Of a DNA stretch of 64,000 bases, positions 9,050 to 18,911 are shown one piece after another. Both the position numbers and the translations under genes were made by a program. Position 1 is the stretch's first letter, and every line of letters starts with the position of its first letter. The notes under the pieces were generated by a model that did not search any database, was not told the origin of the DNA, and saw only the letters and a program-made list of their open reading frames with translations. The DNA is from an uncultured Gemmatimonadales bacterium (GTDB taxonomy: Bacteria; Gemmatimonadota; Gemmatimonadetes; Gemmatimonadales; GWC2-71-9), in contig CAVQGA010000022.1 in assembly GCA_963711915.1 (NCBI GenBank), positions 124,131 to 188,130 on the forward strand, given 5' to 3'.

Positions 9050-10515
9050 GGGCCGCCCGTCGATCGGGTGCGTGCCTCTTCGTCATCGCCGCCCTCGGCA
9101 TGCCGCTGGCGGCCCAGCAACACGAAGGGGACGATGCCTGGAACCACGGCCGCTTCGATGTCGCCCGGTCGGCATACCAGCAGGTGCTGGCGTCGGACTC
9201 GACGGCGTTTCGCGCCAACCTGCGAATGGGCGTCATGCTCTCCTGGCAAGGGAAGCATGACTCGGCGCTCGTGTACATCGCTCGAGCGCGGCGGGCGGAG
9301 CCGGCCGACCTCGAGGCCCGGCTGATCGAGGCCAAGGTGATGGCGTGGAAGGGTCGTCACGCCGATGCCATCGCCCGATACGACAGCGTGCTGGCCGAGC
9401 ACCCCGGGCTTACCGAAGCGGAGCTGGGGCGCGCCCGCGCCCGCGCGTGGCACGGGGACCTCGCGAGGGCGGAGCGCGGGTACCGGGCGGTGCTCGCCTC
9501 CGAGCCGAGGAATGCGGACGCACTCGCGGGGCTGGGGTCCGTCTACCACTGGCAGGGACGTGAGGGGCTCGCCGAGCGGTACGCGCGCGCCGCCCTCGCC
9601 GCAGACTCGGCAAACGCGGCCGGCCACGAGCTCCGCGCCGCCGTCCGCGCCGCTACCCGGGCCTCCACCGAGCTCGGCGCCAACTGGAGCAACGATTCCG
9701 AGCATAACACCAGCTTCTGGCAGACTCTTGGCGCGGCGGCACCGCTGACCTCGGGCATCCGCCTGTTCGGCAATGTCGGTGTGCTCGAGGCATCCGATCC
9801 GGTGCGCGACGCGACCCGTGCCGGCGGCGAGGCCGGACTCACCTGGGCCCTGGGCGACCTGCAGCTGAGCGGCGCGGCGGGCGCCCGGCGGCTCTCACCG
9901 GATACGGATCCGGCCTACACGGAGGAGACGTATCGCGCCCGGCTGAGCTGGCGGCCGGTGCCGCGGCTCGGGCTGAGCGCGGCGTACGCGCGTGCCCCGT
10001 TCGACGAGATCGCCTCGCTCATCGAGCGCCGGCTGACGCTGGAGTCGCTCGACGCGGGGTTCGACGCCACCCTCGCTCGAGGCCTGAGCGTCTACGGCGG
10101 CGGTGGCGGCGTGTGGTTCAGCGACGGCAACCACCGCACGAACGCCAGCGCCGGCATCACGCAGGCCATTCGCAGCGGACTGTTCGTCGGGGCGTACGGC
10201 CGGACTCTGGCCTACGAGCGAAAAGGGCTGGGCTATTTCTCGCCCGACCGCTTCCGTCTACTCGAGGGGCTGGCGGGATACAACCTGGACCGCGGGCAGT
10301 GGGACGGCCGGCTGAGCGGCGGCCTCGGCGCCCAACAAATCGGAAGGAGCGGTGCCACGCAGAGCGAATGGCACATCGACGCCAGGCTGGGACGCCGGTG
10401 GGGCACGGGCAACCGGCTCGACGTGTTCGGCACCGTCACCAACAGCGCGGTGAGCTCGACGAGCGGTGCGTTCCGCTACCGCACCGCGGGGGTGTCGCTC
10501 AGGCTGGGGCTGTAA
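9046..10515 (+). CDS. TPR plus C-terminal outer-membrane beta-barrel protein (PgaA/PelB/BcsC/YaiO-like architecture)
   Basis: TTG start overlaps upstream TGA; signal peptide; TPRs with LSWQG/LAWKG/RAWHG; GYFSP motif; amphipathic beta strands at C-terminus. Confidence 0.7.
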   Translation: MRAARRSGACLFVIAALGMPLAAQQHEGDDAWNHGRFDVARSAYQQVLASDSTAFRANLRMGVMLSWQGKHDSALVYIARARRAEPADLEARLIEAKVMAWKGRHADAIARYDSVLAEHPGLTEAELGRARARAWHGDLARAERGYRAVLASEPRNADALAGLGSVYHWQGREGLAERYARAALAADSANAAGHELRAAVRAATRASTELGANWSNDSEHNTSFWQTLGAAAPLTSGIRLFGNVGVLEASDPVRDATRAGGEAGLTWALGDLQLSGAAGARRLSPDTDPAYTEETYRARLSWRPVPRLGLSAAYARAPFDEIASLIERRLTLESLDAGFDATLARGLSVYGGGGGVWFSDGNHRTNASAGITQAIRSGLFVGAYGRTLAYERKGLGYFSPDRFRLLEGLAGYNLDRGQWDGRLSGGLGAQQIGRSGATQSEWHIDARLGRRWGTGNRLDVFGTVTNSAVSSTSGAFRYRTAGVSLRLGL

Positions 10516-10545
10516 TCCATGAGCATGGCGGATGGTGTCATCGGT

Positions 10546-10647
10546 GTCATCCCGAGCCCTTCGCTGCGCTCAGGACAGGCTCGCGAGGGATTACTCGACC
10601 AGCATCGAACTCGGCCCAGCAAGGTCCCTCGCTTCGCTCGGGATGAC
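10546..10647. repeat. REP-like intergenic palindrome (copy 2)
   Basis: GTCATCCCGAGC..GCTCGGGATGAC with internal CCTTCGCTGCGCTCAGGAC; between convergent genes. Confidence 0.75.
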
Positions 10648-10740
10648 GGAATGACCGCGACAGGTGCCTGGTGACAGGATGACGACCGCGAACCCGAACG
10701 CGTGGCTCTTCCTAACGCAGCTCGCGCGCGGCTCGTGGTG

Positions 10741-12201
10741 CTACCTGGTCACATAGGTCTCGAAGAATCCCCGGCCGGTATCGCTCAGCTCCTGGCCGGC
10801 CACCCTGCCCCGGAGCTCGAACCGGCCGCGCATCTGCAGGAAAGTGCGCCGAAACGAGGAGGCGCGCATCTCCGTGGCGAGGGCGTCCTCGACCTCCACG
10901 GCCAAGCGCACGCTGTCGGCGCCGCGCGTGGCGGTCAGCGCGAAGCGCCGGGGCGCCTTGGCCCCAGGGGCGCCCGACGCCGGCCGAGTGCCCTCGTAGA
11001 ACACACGACCGAACCGAAGCACCTGCCTCACACCGAGCGAGTCGACCAGCGTCAGGAAGAACGGCGAGGAGATGGCGGTGCCGGCGGCCGCGCTCCCACG
11101 CTCGGGGCCGTACACCCCACCGTACAGCAAGCTGACCGTTACCCCGCGTGCGGCACCCCACTCCCAGGTCACGTCCCGCCAGACACCCCAGTTGTGGTCG
11201 TGATACGCCGGCGCGTCGAGAAGGCGGCTACACCGGCTTGCGGCGCAGATCGTACCCGAGGCCGTGGCGGCAAGGCCGGGAACCACGTAGCCGGAGAGGA
11301 ATTCCTCGTCGCGCAGCTCGACCGGCGGGAAGTAGCGGTTGGCGAGCGGACGGACTTCCAGCTCGAGCCGTACGGTGCTTCGAGCGCCGGCGGCCTGGGC
11401 GGTCAGATGGTAAACCCCGTTCCGCTGGCGCACGGCGCTGTGGCCGATGGTGAGGTCGGCACGCGTGGTGTCGAAGCGGGTCGTGTGCGCCGGCGCGTCA
11501 GCCGTGAAGCGCTCGTACTCGCCGTCCGGCCGATGGTGCGTGACCAACATTCGCCCGCCCCACCGGCCCGCGAGCACCTCGCCACCGACGAGATAGGTGA
11601 CATACCACCATTCGTCGGGCCCGGTGACGACGTTGAAGTATTGCCATTCCCCCCAGGTGCTGTCGGGGCGCGGCGGGACGTGGAACCGATCGAGCTCGTC
11701 GAAGAGCTGCTGCGACGTCGGCGCGACGTAGGCCGAATCGGCCGGCGAGTCCCGCCAGACGCCCCGACGCACGTCGAGGCCGGCACCGAGCGCGGCGGCG
11801 CGGCTCGGGATCTCGCCGCCGGCGCGGACCGGCGACGGACGGCAGGCGCCGGCCTTGCAGAGGTAGAGAAGCTTGCCCTCGATGGCCGGCGCGACGGTCC
11901 GGACGAGGGCGGCGTGGCGCGGCCCGCCGAGCACCTGCCGCGTGAGGAATCGGGCGCGATCGATGGCGAAGAACATGCCGGCCGGGCCGCCGGTGCGCAT
12001 CGCTTCCACGTCGATGCCCTGCGGCAGCACGGTCACCTCGCCGCCACCCACGAGCGAGACATCGCGACTCTGGTCCACCATGGCCTCGCCCACCGAGAGC
12101 AGCACCACCATCACGCCGACGCCCAGCGCGAAGCCCAGCAGGAGGAAGACGGAGCGGAGCTTCCGGACCCAGAGGTGTCGAAAGGCAAGAGTGAGGAGCA
12201 T
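10741..12201 (-). CDS. ABC-permease N-terminal (MacB-type) domain fused to an AttH/CrtC-like lipocalin hydrolase domain
   Basis: LAFRHLWVRKLRSVFLLLGFALGVG N-terminus; later WGEWQYF and YHDHNWG motifs. Confidence 0.6.
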   Translation of the reverse strand: MLLTLAFRHLWVRKLRSVFLLLGFALGVGVMVVLLSVGEAMVDQSRDVSLVGGGEVTVLPQGIDVEAMRTGGPAGMFFAIDRARFLTRQVLGGPRHAALVRTVAPAIEGKLLYLCKAGACRPSPVRAGGEIPSRAAALGAGLDVRRGVWRDSPADSAYVAPTSQQLFDELDRFHVPPRPDSTWGEWQYFNVVTGPDEWWYVTYLVGGEVLAGRWGGRMLVTHHRPDGEYERFTADAPAHTTRFDTTRADLTIGHSAVRQRNGVYHLTAQAAGARSTVRLELEVRPLANRYFPPVELRDEEFLSGYVVPGLAATASGTICAASRCSRLLDAPAYHDHNWGVWRDVTWEWGAARGVTVSLLYGGVYGPERGSAAAGTAISSPFFLTLVDSLGVRQVLRFGRVFYEGTRPASGAPGAKAPRRFALTATRGADSVRLAVEVEDALATEMRASSFRRTFLQMRGRFELRGRVAGQELSDTGRGFFETYVTR

Positions 12202-12875
12202 CAGTCCCTGATCGTCCCGTCCAGCATGTGGATCACGCGCTTCGCTTCGGCCGCCAGCCGGTCGTCGTGGGTGACGACCACGAGCGTGGTGCCGTCGGCG
12301 TTGAGCCGGCGAAAGAGATCGAGAATCTCCTGGCCGGTGGCGGCGTCGAGCTCGCCCGTCGGCTCGTCGGCCAGGAGCACCGCGGGGCGGTTGGCAAGCG
12401 CGCGGGCGATCGCCACCCGCTGCATCTCACCGCCGGAGAGCTGAGTGGCGCGGTGAGAGGCACGGTGCTCGAGCCCGACATAAGCGAGCAGCTCTCGAGC
12501 CCGGGCCCGGCGCTCGGCGCGAGGCACACCGGCCTCGGCCATCGGCAGCTCGACGTTTTCGCCGGCGGTGAGCACCGGCAGAAGGTGGAATCGCTGGAAG
12601 ATGAACCCCAGCCGGGTGAGGCGCAGGCGCGTGAGCTCGCGGTCGGAGAGCGCGTTGAGCCGGGTGCCCAACAGCTCCACCGTCCCAGCCGAGGGCGTGT
12701 CGATTCCGCCGATGAGTTGCAGCAGGGTCGATTTTCCACTTCCGGAGGGCCCGACGATCGCGACGTAGTCACCTGCGTCCACCCGAAGCGAGACGCCGCG
12801 GAGCGCGTGCACCGACTCGCCGTTCATCGGATAGTCCTTGCGCAGGTCGCGGGCGACGAGCGGCGGCGCGCTCAC
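12201..12875 (-). CDS. ABC transporter ATP-binding protein (LolD/MacB family)
   Basis: GPSGSGKS, LSGGEMQRVAIARAL, LLADEPTGELD, VVTHD. Confidence 0.95.
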   Translation of the reverse strand: MSAPPLVARDLRKDYPMNGESVHALRGVSLRVDAGDYVAIVGPSGSGKSTLLQLIGGIDTPSAGTVELLGTRLNALSDRELTRLRLTRLGFIFQRFHLLPVLTAGENVELPMAEAGVPRAERRARARELLAYVGLEHRASHRATQLSGGEMQRVAIARALANRPAVLLADEPTGELDAATGQEILDLFRRLNADGTTLVVVTHDDRLAAEAKRVIHMLDGTIRD

Positions 12876-14065
12876 GTGGCCTCGGCCCGCAGCGTCGCCG
12901 CGATCGGCGCGCGCGAGGCGAGCCAGGCCGGGTAGAGTCCGGCCAGCGCGCCGGTTACCAGGAGGACGACTGCCGCGAAGGTCAGGGTGTCCGCCCGCGG
13001 CACGAAGAAGGAGAACGCCGCCGGGAGCCCGGGAAAGCTGGTGAGGATGGCATCGAGGTACCGCGCTGTGAACAGGCCCAGCAGGATGCCGAGCGCGGCG
13101 CCGATGACGGTGAGGGCCGTGCCTTCGGCCAACACCTGGCCGATGACCGTCGACCGGCTCACGCCGATGGCCCGCAGGGTGGCAATCTCTCCGAGCCGCT
13201 CGTTGACGGTGATGGTGAGCAGCGTCCCGATGAGCAGTACGGTGACGACCAGGCTCATGCTGCCGAGGATGTAGGAGAGCTGTCGGAAGTAGACCAGTCG
13301 TTCGTGGAAGTGCCGGACCAGATCCGCCACGCTATTGACCTCGATCTGGGGAAACTCGGTTCGGAGGCGCGTGGCGAGCGCCGGCACCTCGCCGTCCCGG
13401 CGCGCCTTGACCAGAATGATCGAGGCGCGGTCCTCCGCCGCCAGCCGGGACAGCCGCTGCATGACGGGGAGCACGGTGCCCACCGAGGCCTGACCCCGGG
13501 CATCGTACAGCCAGCGCACCATGCCGCGCACGGCCAGGCGCCGTCCGACCGCGGCCGTGACGAGCTGGGGGTCGAGCCGGCCGACGAGCGTCACGCTGTC
13601 GCCCAGGCCGGCACCGAGCAGGCGGGCGGCGGGCGCACTCAGCAAGATGCCCGCGGTGTCGTCCGGCGCGAGGTCGCGGCCGGCGGTGACCTGATACAGG
13701 GACTGCGCCTGGGGCTCGATGCCGTAGCCTACGAGCGTCACCGTCGAATCGGCGGTGCGCCCGTGGAGGGACGTGCCGAGCACCGCGCCGGCCGCCTCCA
13801 CGGCAGGGTCGCGCCGGAGCGCGGCCACGATGGCGGATGCACCCGCCATCGTGGCCTCGGTGTCGAACGGCAGCGTGCCCTTGGGGGTAAGGCGCATCTG
13901 GTAGCCCCGGCCAAGCAGGAGGTCGGCGAAGGACTTGTCGATGCCGCCGCTCAGCATGACCATGTCGAGCAGCATGGCGGCGGCGACGGCAATGCCCGCG
14001 AGCGAGAGCGCCGTGCGGAGCCGCTGACGGCGGAGGCTCTTGAGCCCCCAGGCGATGCCTCTCAC
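12872..14065 (-). CDS. FtsX/MacB-like ABC permease
   Basis: N-terminal TM, periplasmic domain, NERLGEIATLRAIG and three C-terminal TMs. Confidence 0.9.
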   Translation of the reverse strand: MRGIAWGLKSLRRQRLRTALSLAGIAVAAAMLLDMVMLSGGIDKSFADLLLGRGYQMRLTPKGTLPFDTEATMAGASAIVAALRRDPAVEAAGAVLGTSLHGRTADSTVTLVGYGIEPQAQSLYQVTAGRDLAPDDTAGILLSAPAARLLGAGLGDSVTLVGRLDPQLVTAAVGRRLAVRGMVRWLYDARGQASVGTVLPVMQRLSRLAAEDRASIILVKARRDGEVPALATRLRTEFPQIEVNSVADLVRHFHERLVYFRQLSYILGSMSLVVTVLLIGTLLTITVNERLGEIATLRAIGVSRSTVIGQVLAEGTALTVIGAALGILLGLFTARYLDAILTSFPGLPAAFSFFVPRADTLTFAAVVLLVTGALAGLYPAWLASRAPIAATLRAEAT

Positions 14066-14904
14066 CCCCGGCCCCAGAGCACCAGCGGCCGGGTATGCAC
14101 CAGCCGCCAGGCGGCCGCCGCGCCGGCCGCGAGACCCAGCACCAGCGAAAGGCCGACGCTGAACAGCACGATATCGGCGGTGATGAGCGAGAACGTGAGC
14201 GTGGTGTCGAAGAAGCGACGGTAGTAGGCGTTCGTGGCGGCACCGGCGGCGAAGGCGAGGACCGTCCCGACCAGCGATCCGGCCACCGCCACCAGTGCGG
14301 CCTCGAGCAGCAGCGCGCCGAAGATCGTCCGCCGCCGGACGCCGACGAAGCGCATGACGGCCGCATCCATCCGGCGCTCCTCGACCTTGAGCAGCATGAT
14401 ACAGAGGAGAAAGACCGCGCTCGCGACGATGGTGATCACGGCGATGGCACGGTGAAAGCGGCTGACCACCAGGAAGGTCTGCGACGACCCGGCCGCGATG
14501 GCGTGCGTGTCGTAGGCCTCGTAACCGAAGGCGCTCCGGTCGAGCGCCGCGATGGCGCTGTCCGCGGGCACCCCCGGGACTAGCGCGATACCGAACCGGT
14601 CGACGCGATCCGGGGCGCCGAGGAGCGCGGCCAGGTCCGGCAGGTGCATCCGAACGTACCGCTCGGGCCGGCTGATCTGGGCGGGATCGGGTCGGGGCTC
14701 GAATACGGCCCCCACCACGGCCAGGGTCCGCATCGAGTCGGGCGCGGTGCCGAGCCGGAGGGTGTCGCCGACGTGAAGGTCGAGTTCGTCGGCGACGCGG
14801 CGCTCGAGGGCCACGGCAGGGAGCTGGGCCCGCAGCGGACCGGCCGAGGCAACCGAGAGCCCGGCGAGGAGGAGCGAGGCCGCGGAGAGGACGTAGTTCA
14901 TCAC
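14062..14904 (-). CDS. FtsX-like ABC permease
   Basis: VEERRMDAAVMRFVG FtsX-type motif; C-terminal TMs; overlapping operon junctions. Confidence 0.85.
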   Translation of the reverse strand: MMNYVLSAASLLLAGLSVASAGPLRAQLPAVALERRVADELDLHVGDTLRLGTAPDSMRTLAVVGAVFEPRPDPAQISRPERYVRMHLPDLAALLGAPDRVDRFGIALVPGVPADSAIAALDRSAFGYEAYDTHAIAAGSSQTFLVVSRFHRAIAVITIVASAVFLLCIMLLKVEERRMDAAVMRFVGVRRRTIFGALLLEAALVAVAGSLVGTVLAFAAGAATNAYYRRFFDTTLTFSLITADIVLFSVGLSLVLGLAAGAAAAWRLVHTRPLVLWGRG

Positions 14905-14985
14905 TCCGGAAGAATCACCCCAGAGGCACGAAGGGCACAGAGGGTACGAAGCTCGCGCCCGCCCAGGGGTCCGGAGGTTCTTCGG

Positions 14986-15813
14986 CTACTCGGTGCGTCT
15001 GAAGGGGTGCTCGAAGCTGAGATAGAGGAACAGGCCATCGCCGCCGTCTCCGTCGCCGAGGCCGAACGTGTAGGCCACGCCCGGCACGATCTGGAGGCCA
15101 CTGGGGAAGTTGAAGGCCCAGCGAGCGCCTGGGTTCAGCAGCACGGTCTCGTCCCGGGTCCGCCGGCCGGGACCGGTCACCTGTTCGGTGCTCAGCCAGA
15201 GAAGCTCGACCATGAGGTTGAACCGCGGACGCAGGAGCCAGATGGCGCTCCCGCCGAGGTTGGCGTTGAGGGTGTGGGCGCGCTCCTGCAGCGCATTCCT
15301 GGCGCTCGGCAGCCAGGTGAGGCCGGCGTTGGCGTGGAGCGCGAGCCGGGGGATGGGGCGGATACTGAAGGGAAGATTGCCCTGGAAGCCGACCCCGCCA
15401 GCTCCGCGCCCCTTCCGTTCGTCGCCGGTCGGGAGTAGCACGGAGGCGCGGGGGGCGAGGTGGACGCCGGCCCCACCCCCGCCGGCGAGCTGGTAGCGGA
15501 AGTTGAGAGCCACGTCGCCCAGGCCGGTGCCGCTCCCGTCCGCCTGGAGGACCGGGATCGTATAGCTCAGCTGCCGCTTCACTCCCCCGAGCGGCCACTC
15601 CTGGGTGAAGGAATACGCCCACGAACCGCCGCCATCAGGTCGGGTGAAGGTGCTGATGTGCTGTACGACGCCGGCCTCCTGATTGTAGGCCTCTTCGATC
15701 AGGAAGCTGTTATCCGCGATGGGAGCGGGTATGACTGGTTCCTGGGCGGCGAGCGCGGTGCAGCAGAGCGCCGCGGCCGCCGCCACCCGGGACCCGAGGC
15801 TCAGGCGAGCCAC
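14986..15813 (-). CDS. Putative outer-membrane beta-barrel 'transporter' (MetA-pathway/phenol-degradation-like)
   Basis: Signal peptide, [25 protein letters not shown], ..LSFEHPF end; GTG start overlaps mntH 3' end. Confidence 0.65.
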   Translation of the reverse strand: MARLSLGSRVAAAAALCCTALAAQEPVIPAPIADNSFLIEEAYNQEAGVVQHISTFTRPDGGGSWAYSFTQEWPLGGVKRQLSYTIPVLQADGSGTGLGDVALNFRYQLAGGGGAGVHLAPRASVLLPTGDERKGRGAGGVGFQGNLPFSIRPIPRLALHANAGLTWLPSARNALQERAHTLNANLGGSAIWLLRPRFNLMVELLWLSTEQVTGPGRRTRDETVLLNPGARWAFNFPSGLQIVPGVAYTFGLGDGDGGDGLFLYLSFEHPFRRTE

Positions 15814-17159
15814 ACCCGGAACGTGCCGACGAGCAGCCAGGCGTTGAGGCCAACGATGACGACCGCCACCGCCCACGCGGCGGCGGCGAGGAGCGGCGGG
15901 TTCGCGAACTGACCCATCTTTCCCCGCTGGCCGGTGAAGTAGACGAGGGGCACCACGGCGAACGAGAGCTGCAGGCTCAGGACGACCTGGCTCAGGATCA
16001 GGAGCGACCCCGCGCCGTGCTCGCCATAGAGCGCCGTGACGATCACCGCCGGGATGATCGCGATGAGGCGGGTGATGAGCCGCCGGAGCCAGGCGGGAAG
16101 CCGGATGTCGAGGAACCCCTCCATCACGATCTGGCCCGCCAGCGTGCCCGTAATCGTCGAGTTCTGACCCGAGGCCAGCAGCGCGACGGCGAACAGCGTG
16201 CTCGCCAGGGTCGTGCCGAGGAGCGGCGTCAGGAGCCGGTAGGCATCGCCGATCTCCGCCACCTCCTGGTGACCGGTCCGGTGGAACGTGGCGGCGGCAA
16301 GAACAAGAATGGCCGCGTTGATGAAGAAGGCGAACAACAGCGCCACGGTCGAATCCAGGGTCGCGAAGCGAATCGCCTCGCGGCGCGACGCGTCGTCGGG
16401 CAGCACCTTCCGGGTCTGCACGATGGACGAGTGCAGATAGAGGTTGTGGGGCATCACCGTGGCGCCCAGGATCCCGATGGCGATGTAGAGCATCGCCGGA
16501 TTGGTCACGATCTCGCCGCGCGGCACCAGCCCGCGGACCATGTCGCCAAGGCCCGGCCGCGCCATCACGAGCTCGACCGCGAAGCAGAGGCCGATCGTGG
16601 CGACGAGCGTGATGACGAGGGCCTCGAGATAGCGGAAACCCTTGTGCTGGAGCAGCAGGATGAGGAGGACGTCGAGCGCGGTCAGGCAGACGCCCCACAC
16701 CAGCGGGATGCCGAACAGCAGGTTGAGCGCGATCGCCGATCCGATCACCTCGGCCAGGTCGCACGCGGCGATGGCGATCTCGCACATGACCCAGAGCACG
16801 AAGCTCACGGGACGCGAGTAGTGGTCGCGGCACGCCTGCGCCAGATCGCGGCCGGTGACGATGCCCAGCTTGAGCGCCAGCGCCTGGAGCAGGATGGCCA
16901 TGAGGTTGGAGACCATGATCACGCTGAGCAGCGTGTACCCGAAGCGCGCGCCGCCGGCCAGGTCGGTGGCCCAGTTTCCGGGATCCATGTAGCCCACGGC
17001 CACCATGTAGCCCGGACCCGCGAACGCAAGCGCCTTCCGCCAGAACGAAACGCCCCTCGGCACCAGGACGGTGTGGTGGGATTCGGGCAGGCTTGGCCGG
17101 GTGCGCGGATAGCGCCAGCCTTCCGCCTCTTCGACAGGAGCGGTCGAGGCGGCGTTCAT
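15801..17159 (-). CDS. mntH: Nramp divalent metal (Mn2+) transporter
   Basis: [12 protein letters not shown] and [13 protein letters not shown] signatures. Confidence 0.95.
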   Translation of the reverse strand: MNAASTAPVEEAEGWRYPRTRPSLPESHHTVLVPRGVSFWRKALAFAGPGYMVAVGYMDPGNWATDLAGGARFGYTLLSVIMVSNLMAILLQALALKLGIVTGRDLAQACRDHYSRPVSFVLWVMCEIAIAACDLAEVIGSAIALNLLFGIPLVWGVCLTALDVLLILLLQHKGFRYLEALVITLVATIGLCFAVELVMARPGLGDMVRGLVPRGEIVTNPAMLYIAIGILGATVMPHNLYLHSSIVQTRKVLPDDASRREAIRFATLDSTVALLFAFFINAAILVLAAATFHRTGHQEVAEIGDAYRLLTPLLGTTLASTLFAVALLASGQNSTITGTLAGQIVMEGFLDIRLPAWLRRLITRLIAIIPAVIVTALYGEHGAGSLLILSQVVLSLQLSFAVVPLVYFTGQRGKMGQFANPPLLAAAAWAVAVVIVGLNAWLLVGTFRVWLA

Positions 17160-17839
17160 CGGCCCTCTGACACGCAGAGTACGACCTGCGCAAGCTCCTC
17201 ACCGATCACCTGCCGCTCGCCCGCGGCCTCGACGGTGAGCGGCCCGCCGAACGGCTGGTGGTCGACCAGCGTGACCACGACACCGGGAACGAGGCCGACG
17301 GAGGCGAGGTAGCGCAACCGCTCCGGCTCGCGCTCGTCCACCCGGCGGATCGCGACGGTCTCGCCGACCGGCACCTGCGCCAGCGGGGTCGACGCGAACT
17401 CGTGGATGGAGCCGTCGGCGGCGGGGATGGGGTCGCCATGCGGATCCTCCGTCGGGTGGCCCAGCGCCCCCGCCATCCGCTCTACCAGCGTGTCCGACAC
17501 CGCGTGCTCCAACCGCTCGGCCTCGACATGCACCGTATCCCACGAGTAGCCCAGGAATTCGACGAGGTACGCCTCGATCAGGCGATGCCGCCGCAGCACC
17601 CGCAAGGCCGCGCGGCGCCCCGACTCGGTCAGCTGGACTCCCTTGTAGGGGAGGTGCTCGAGCAGGCCGAGCTCGGAAAGGCGCTTCACCATACCGCTCA
17701 CCGAGGGAGCGGAGAGCTCCAGCAGGTGCGCGATATCGCTGGTCGACGCGGGGCGGCCCTCCGGGCTAAGCCGGTAGATAGCCTTGAGATAGTCTTCGAT
17801 GCTCCGGGTGAGGCTCTGGTCCGCCGCAGTTGCGTTCAC
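17156..17839 (-). CDS. mntR: DtxR/MntR family metal-dependent repressor with FeoA-like C-terminal domain
   Basis: [30 protein letters not shown]. Confidence 0.92.
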   Translation of the reverse strand: MNATAADQSLTRSIEDYLKAIYRLSPEGRPASTSDIAHLLELSAPSVSGMVKRLSELGLLEHLPYKGVQLTESGRRAALRVLRRHRLIEAYLVEFLGYSWDTVHVEAERLEHAVSDTLVERMAGALGHPTEDPHGDPIPAADGSIHEFASTPLAQVPVGETVAIRRVDEREPERLRYLASVGLVPGVVVTLVDHQPFGGPLTVEAAGERQVIGEELAQVVLCVSEGR

Positions 17840-17852
17840 GCGAAACTCAGGT

Positions 17853-17866
17853 TTAGGTGTGCCTAA
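17853..17866. promoter_or_regulatory. DtxR/MntR-type operator
   Basis: Palindrome TTAGG-TGTG-CCTAA 14 nt upstream of the mntR start, matching the TTAGGnnnnCCTAA box. Confidence 0.8.
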
Positions 17867-17898
17867 TTGTGATATGAGTTTCGGCGAATGTCAAGGCA

Positions 17899-18043
17899 GC
17901 GGACAGGCGGACAGGCGGACAGGCGGACAGGCGGACAGCGCGGACAGGCGGACAGGCGGACAGGCGGACAGGCGGACAGGCGGACAGGCGGACAGGCGGA
18001 CAGGCGGACAGGCGGACAGGCGGACAGGCGGACAGGCGGACAG
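17899..18043. repeat. 8-bp tandem repeat (GCGGACAG)x18
   Basis: 5 units (17899-17938), one extra C, then 13 units (17940-18043); intergenic. Confidence 0.95.
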
Positions 18044-18084
18044 GCCAAGGATCGCCGCACCGGCGGAAAGCGCAAGCCGCCGAG

Positions 18085-18675
18085 CTAACCCCGAAGCTGC
18101 TCGAGCAGCGCGGTCAGGATTCGCTCGGTCATCCCCCAGACGATCGCTTCCTCCAGGCGGTATGCCGGGAAATCGCGAGGTTCGCCGCGGATCTCGATCG
18201 TGGCAGAGTGAAGGGTTTCCGGGTGCAGCAGATGATCCAACCCGACCCAGCGGGCGGCCGCCACCTCGGGATTGGGCGTGAGCGGCGGGCGCTCGGCGAG
18301 CGAAAAGACATACGGGCGAACGGCAATGGGCGGCAGCACCGGGGTCCTGGGAATCACATCGTCGAGGCTCCCGAGCAGGTCGGCTGGGCCGAGGGCCAGT
18401 CCGAGTTCCTCGGCGGTCTCGCGAACCGCCGTGGCGACGAGATCGGCGTCGATCTCCTCACGGCGGCCGCCCGGCAGGGCCATGTGCCCGGACCAGGGAT
18501 CGCCGATCCGGTCGGCGCGACGGATGAGGAGCACGGCATCGGGCGAGGGGACGAGCACCACCGCGACGGCCGCCCACAGCAGCGACTCATCGTCGCCGCC
18601 GGTCACGGGCCGGTGCCCCGCCAGCCGCGCTCGCAGCCTGGCGAGGCGGGGGCTCAGTGGTTGTGCGAGTGACAT
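18085..18675 (-). CDS. Nudix hydrolase (CoA pyrophosphatase-like)
   Basis: WSGHMALPGG..TAVRETAEELG Nudix box; IVWGMT. Confidence 0.9.
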   Translation of the reverse strand: MSLAQPLSPRLARLRARLAGHRPVTGGDDESLLWAAVAVVLVPSPDAVLLIRRADRIGDPWSGHMALPGGRREEIDADLVATAVRETAEELGLALGPADLLGSLDDVIPRTPVLPPIAVRPYVFSLAERPPLTPNPEVAAARWVGLDHLLHPETLHSATIEIRGEPRDFPAYRLEEAIVWGMTERILTALLEQLRG

Positions 18676-18881
18676 CCGCCGCCGCAGCATCCGCCACCCG
18701 GCGGCGGGCCGAGGGGGCTGAAGTCGGCGGGCTTGCCTGCGCCGGCGGGGCGGGCGGTGAGAGACATCAGGCGCTCGAGCTTGCGGCCCTTGCAGTCAGG
18801 GCAGGACACCATGGTGTCCGAGCGCACCAGCCGCTCGAACTCGGATCCGCAGGCGGAGCAGCGATAGTCATAGATGGGCAT
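18654..18881 (-). CDS. FmdB family zinc-ribbon protein
   Basis: MPIYDYRCSACG..CPDCK..GGGCCGGGC. Confidence 0.9.
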   Translation of the reverse strand: MPIYDYRCSACGSEFERLVRSDTMVSCPDCKGRKLERLMSLTARPAGAGKPADFSPLGPPPGGGCCGGGCHSHNH

Positions 18882-18911
18882 GCCGGAGATTGGCCTTCTG
18901 ATGGCGGGCGG

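Noticed and set aside
17899-18043. CRISPR array
   Set aside because: No spacers, 8-bp unit, and no cas genes in the window
17799-18281. ORFs with GGQADRRT repeats
   Set aside because: Simply translations of the 8-bp tandem repeat; no RBS or domain evidence
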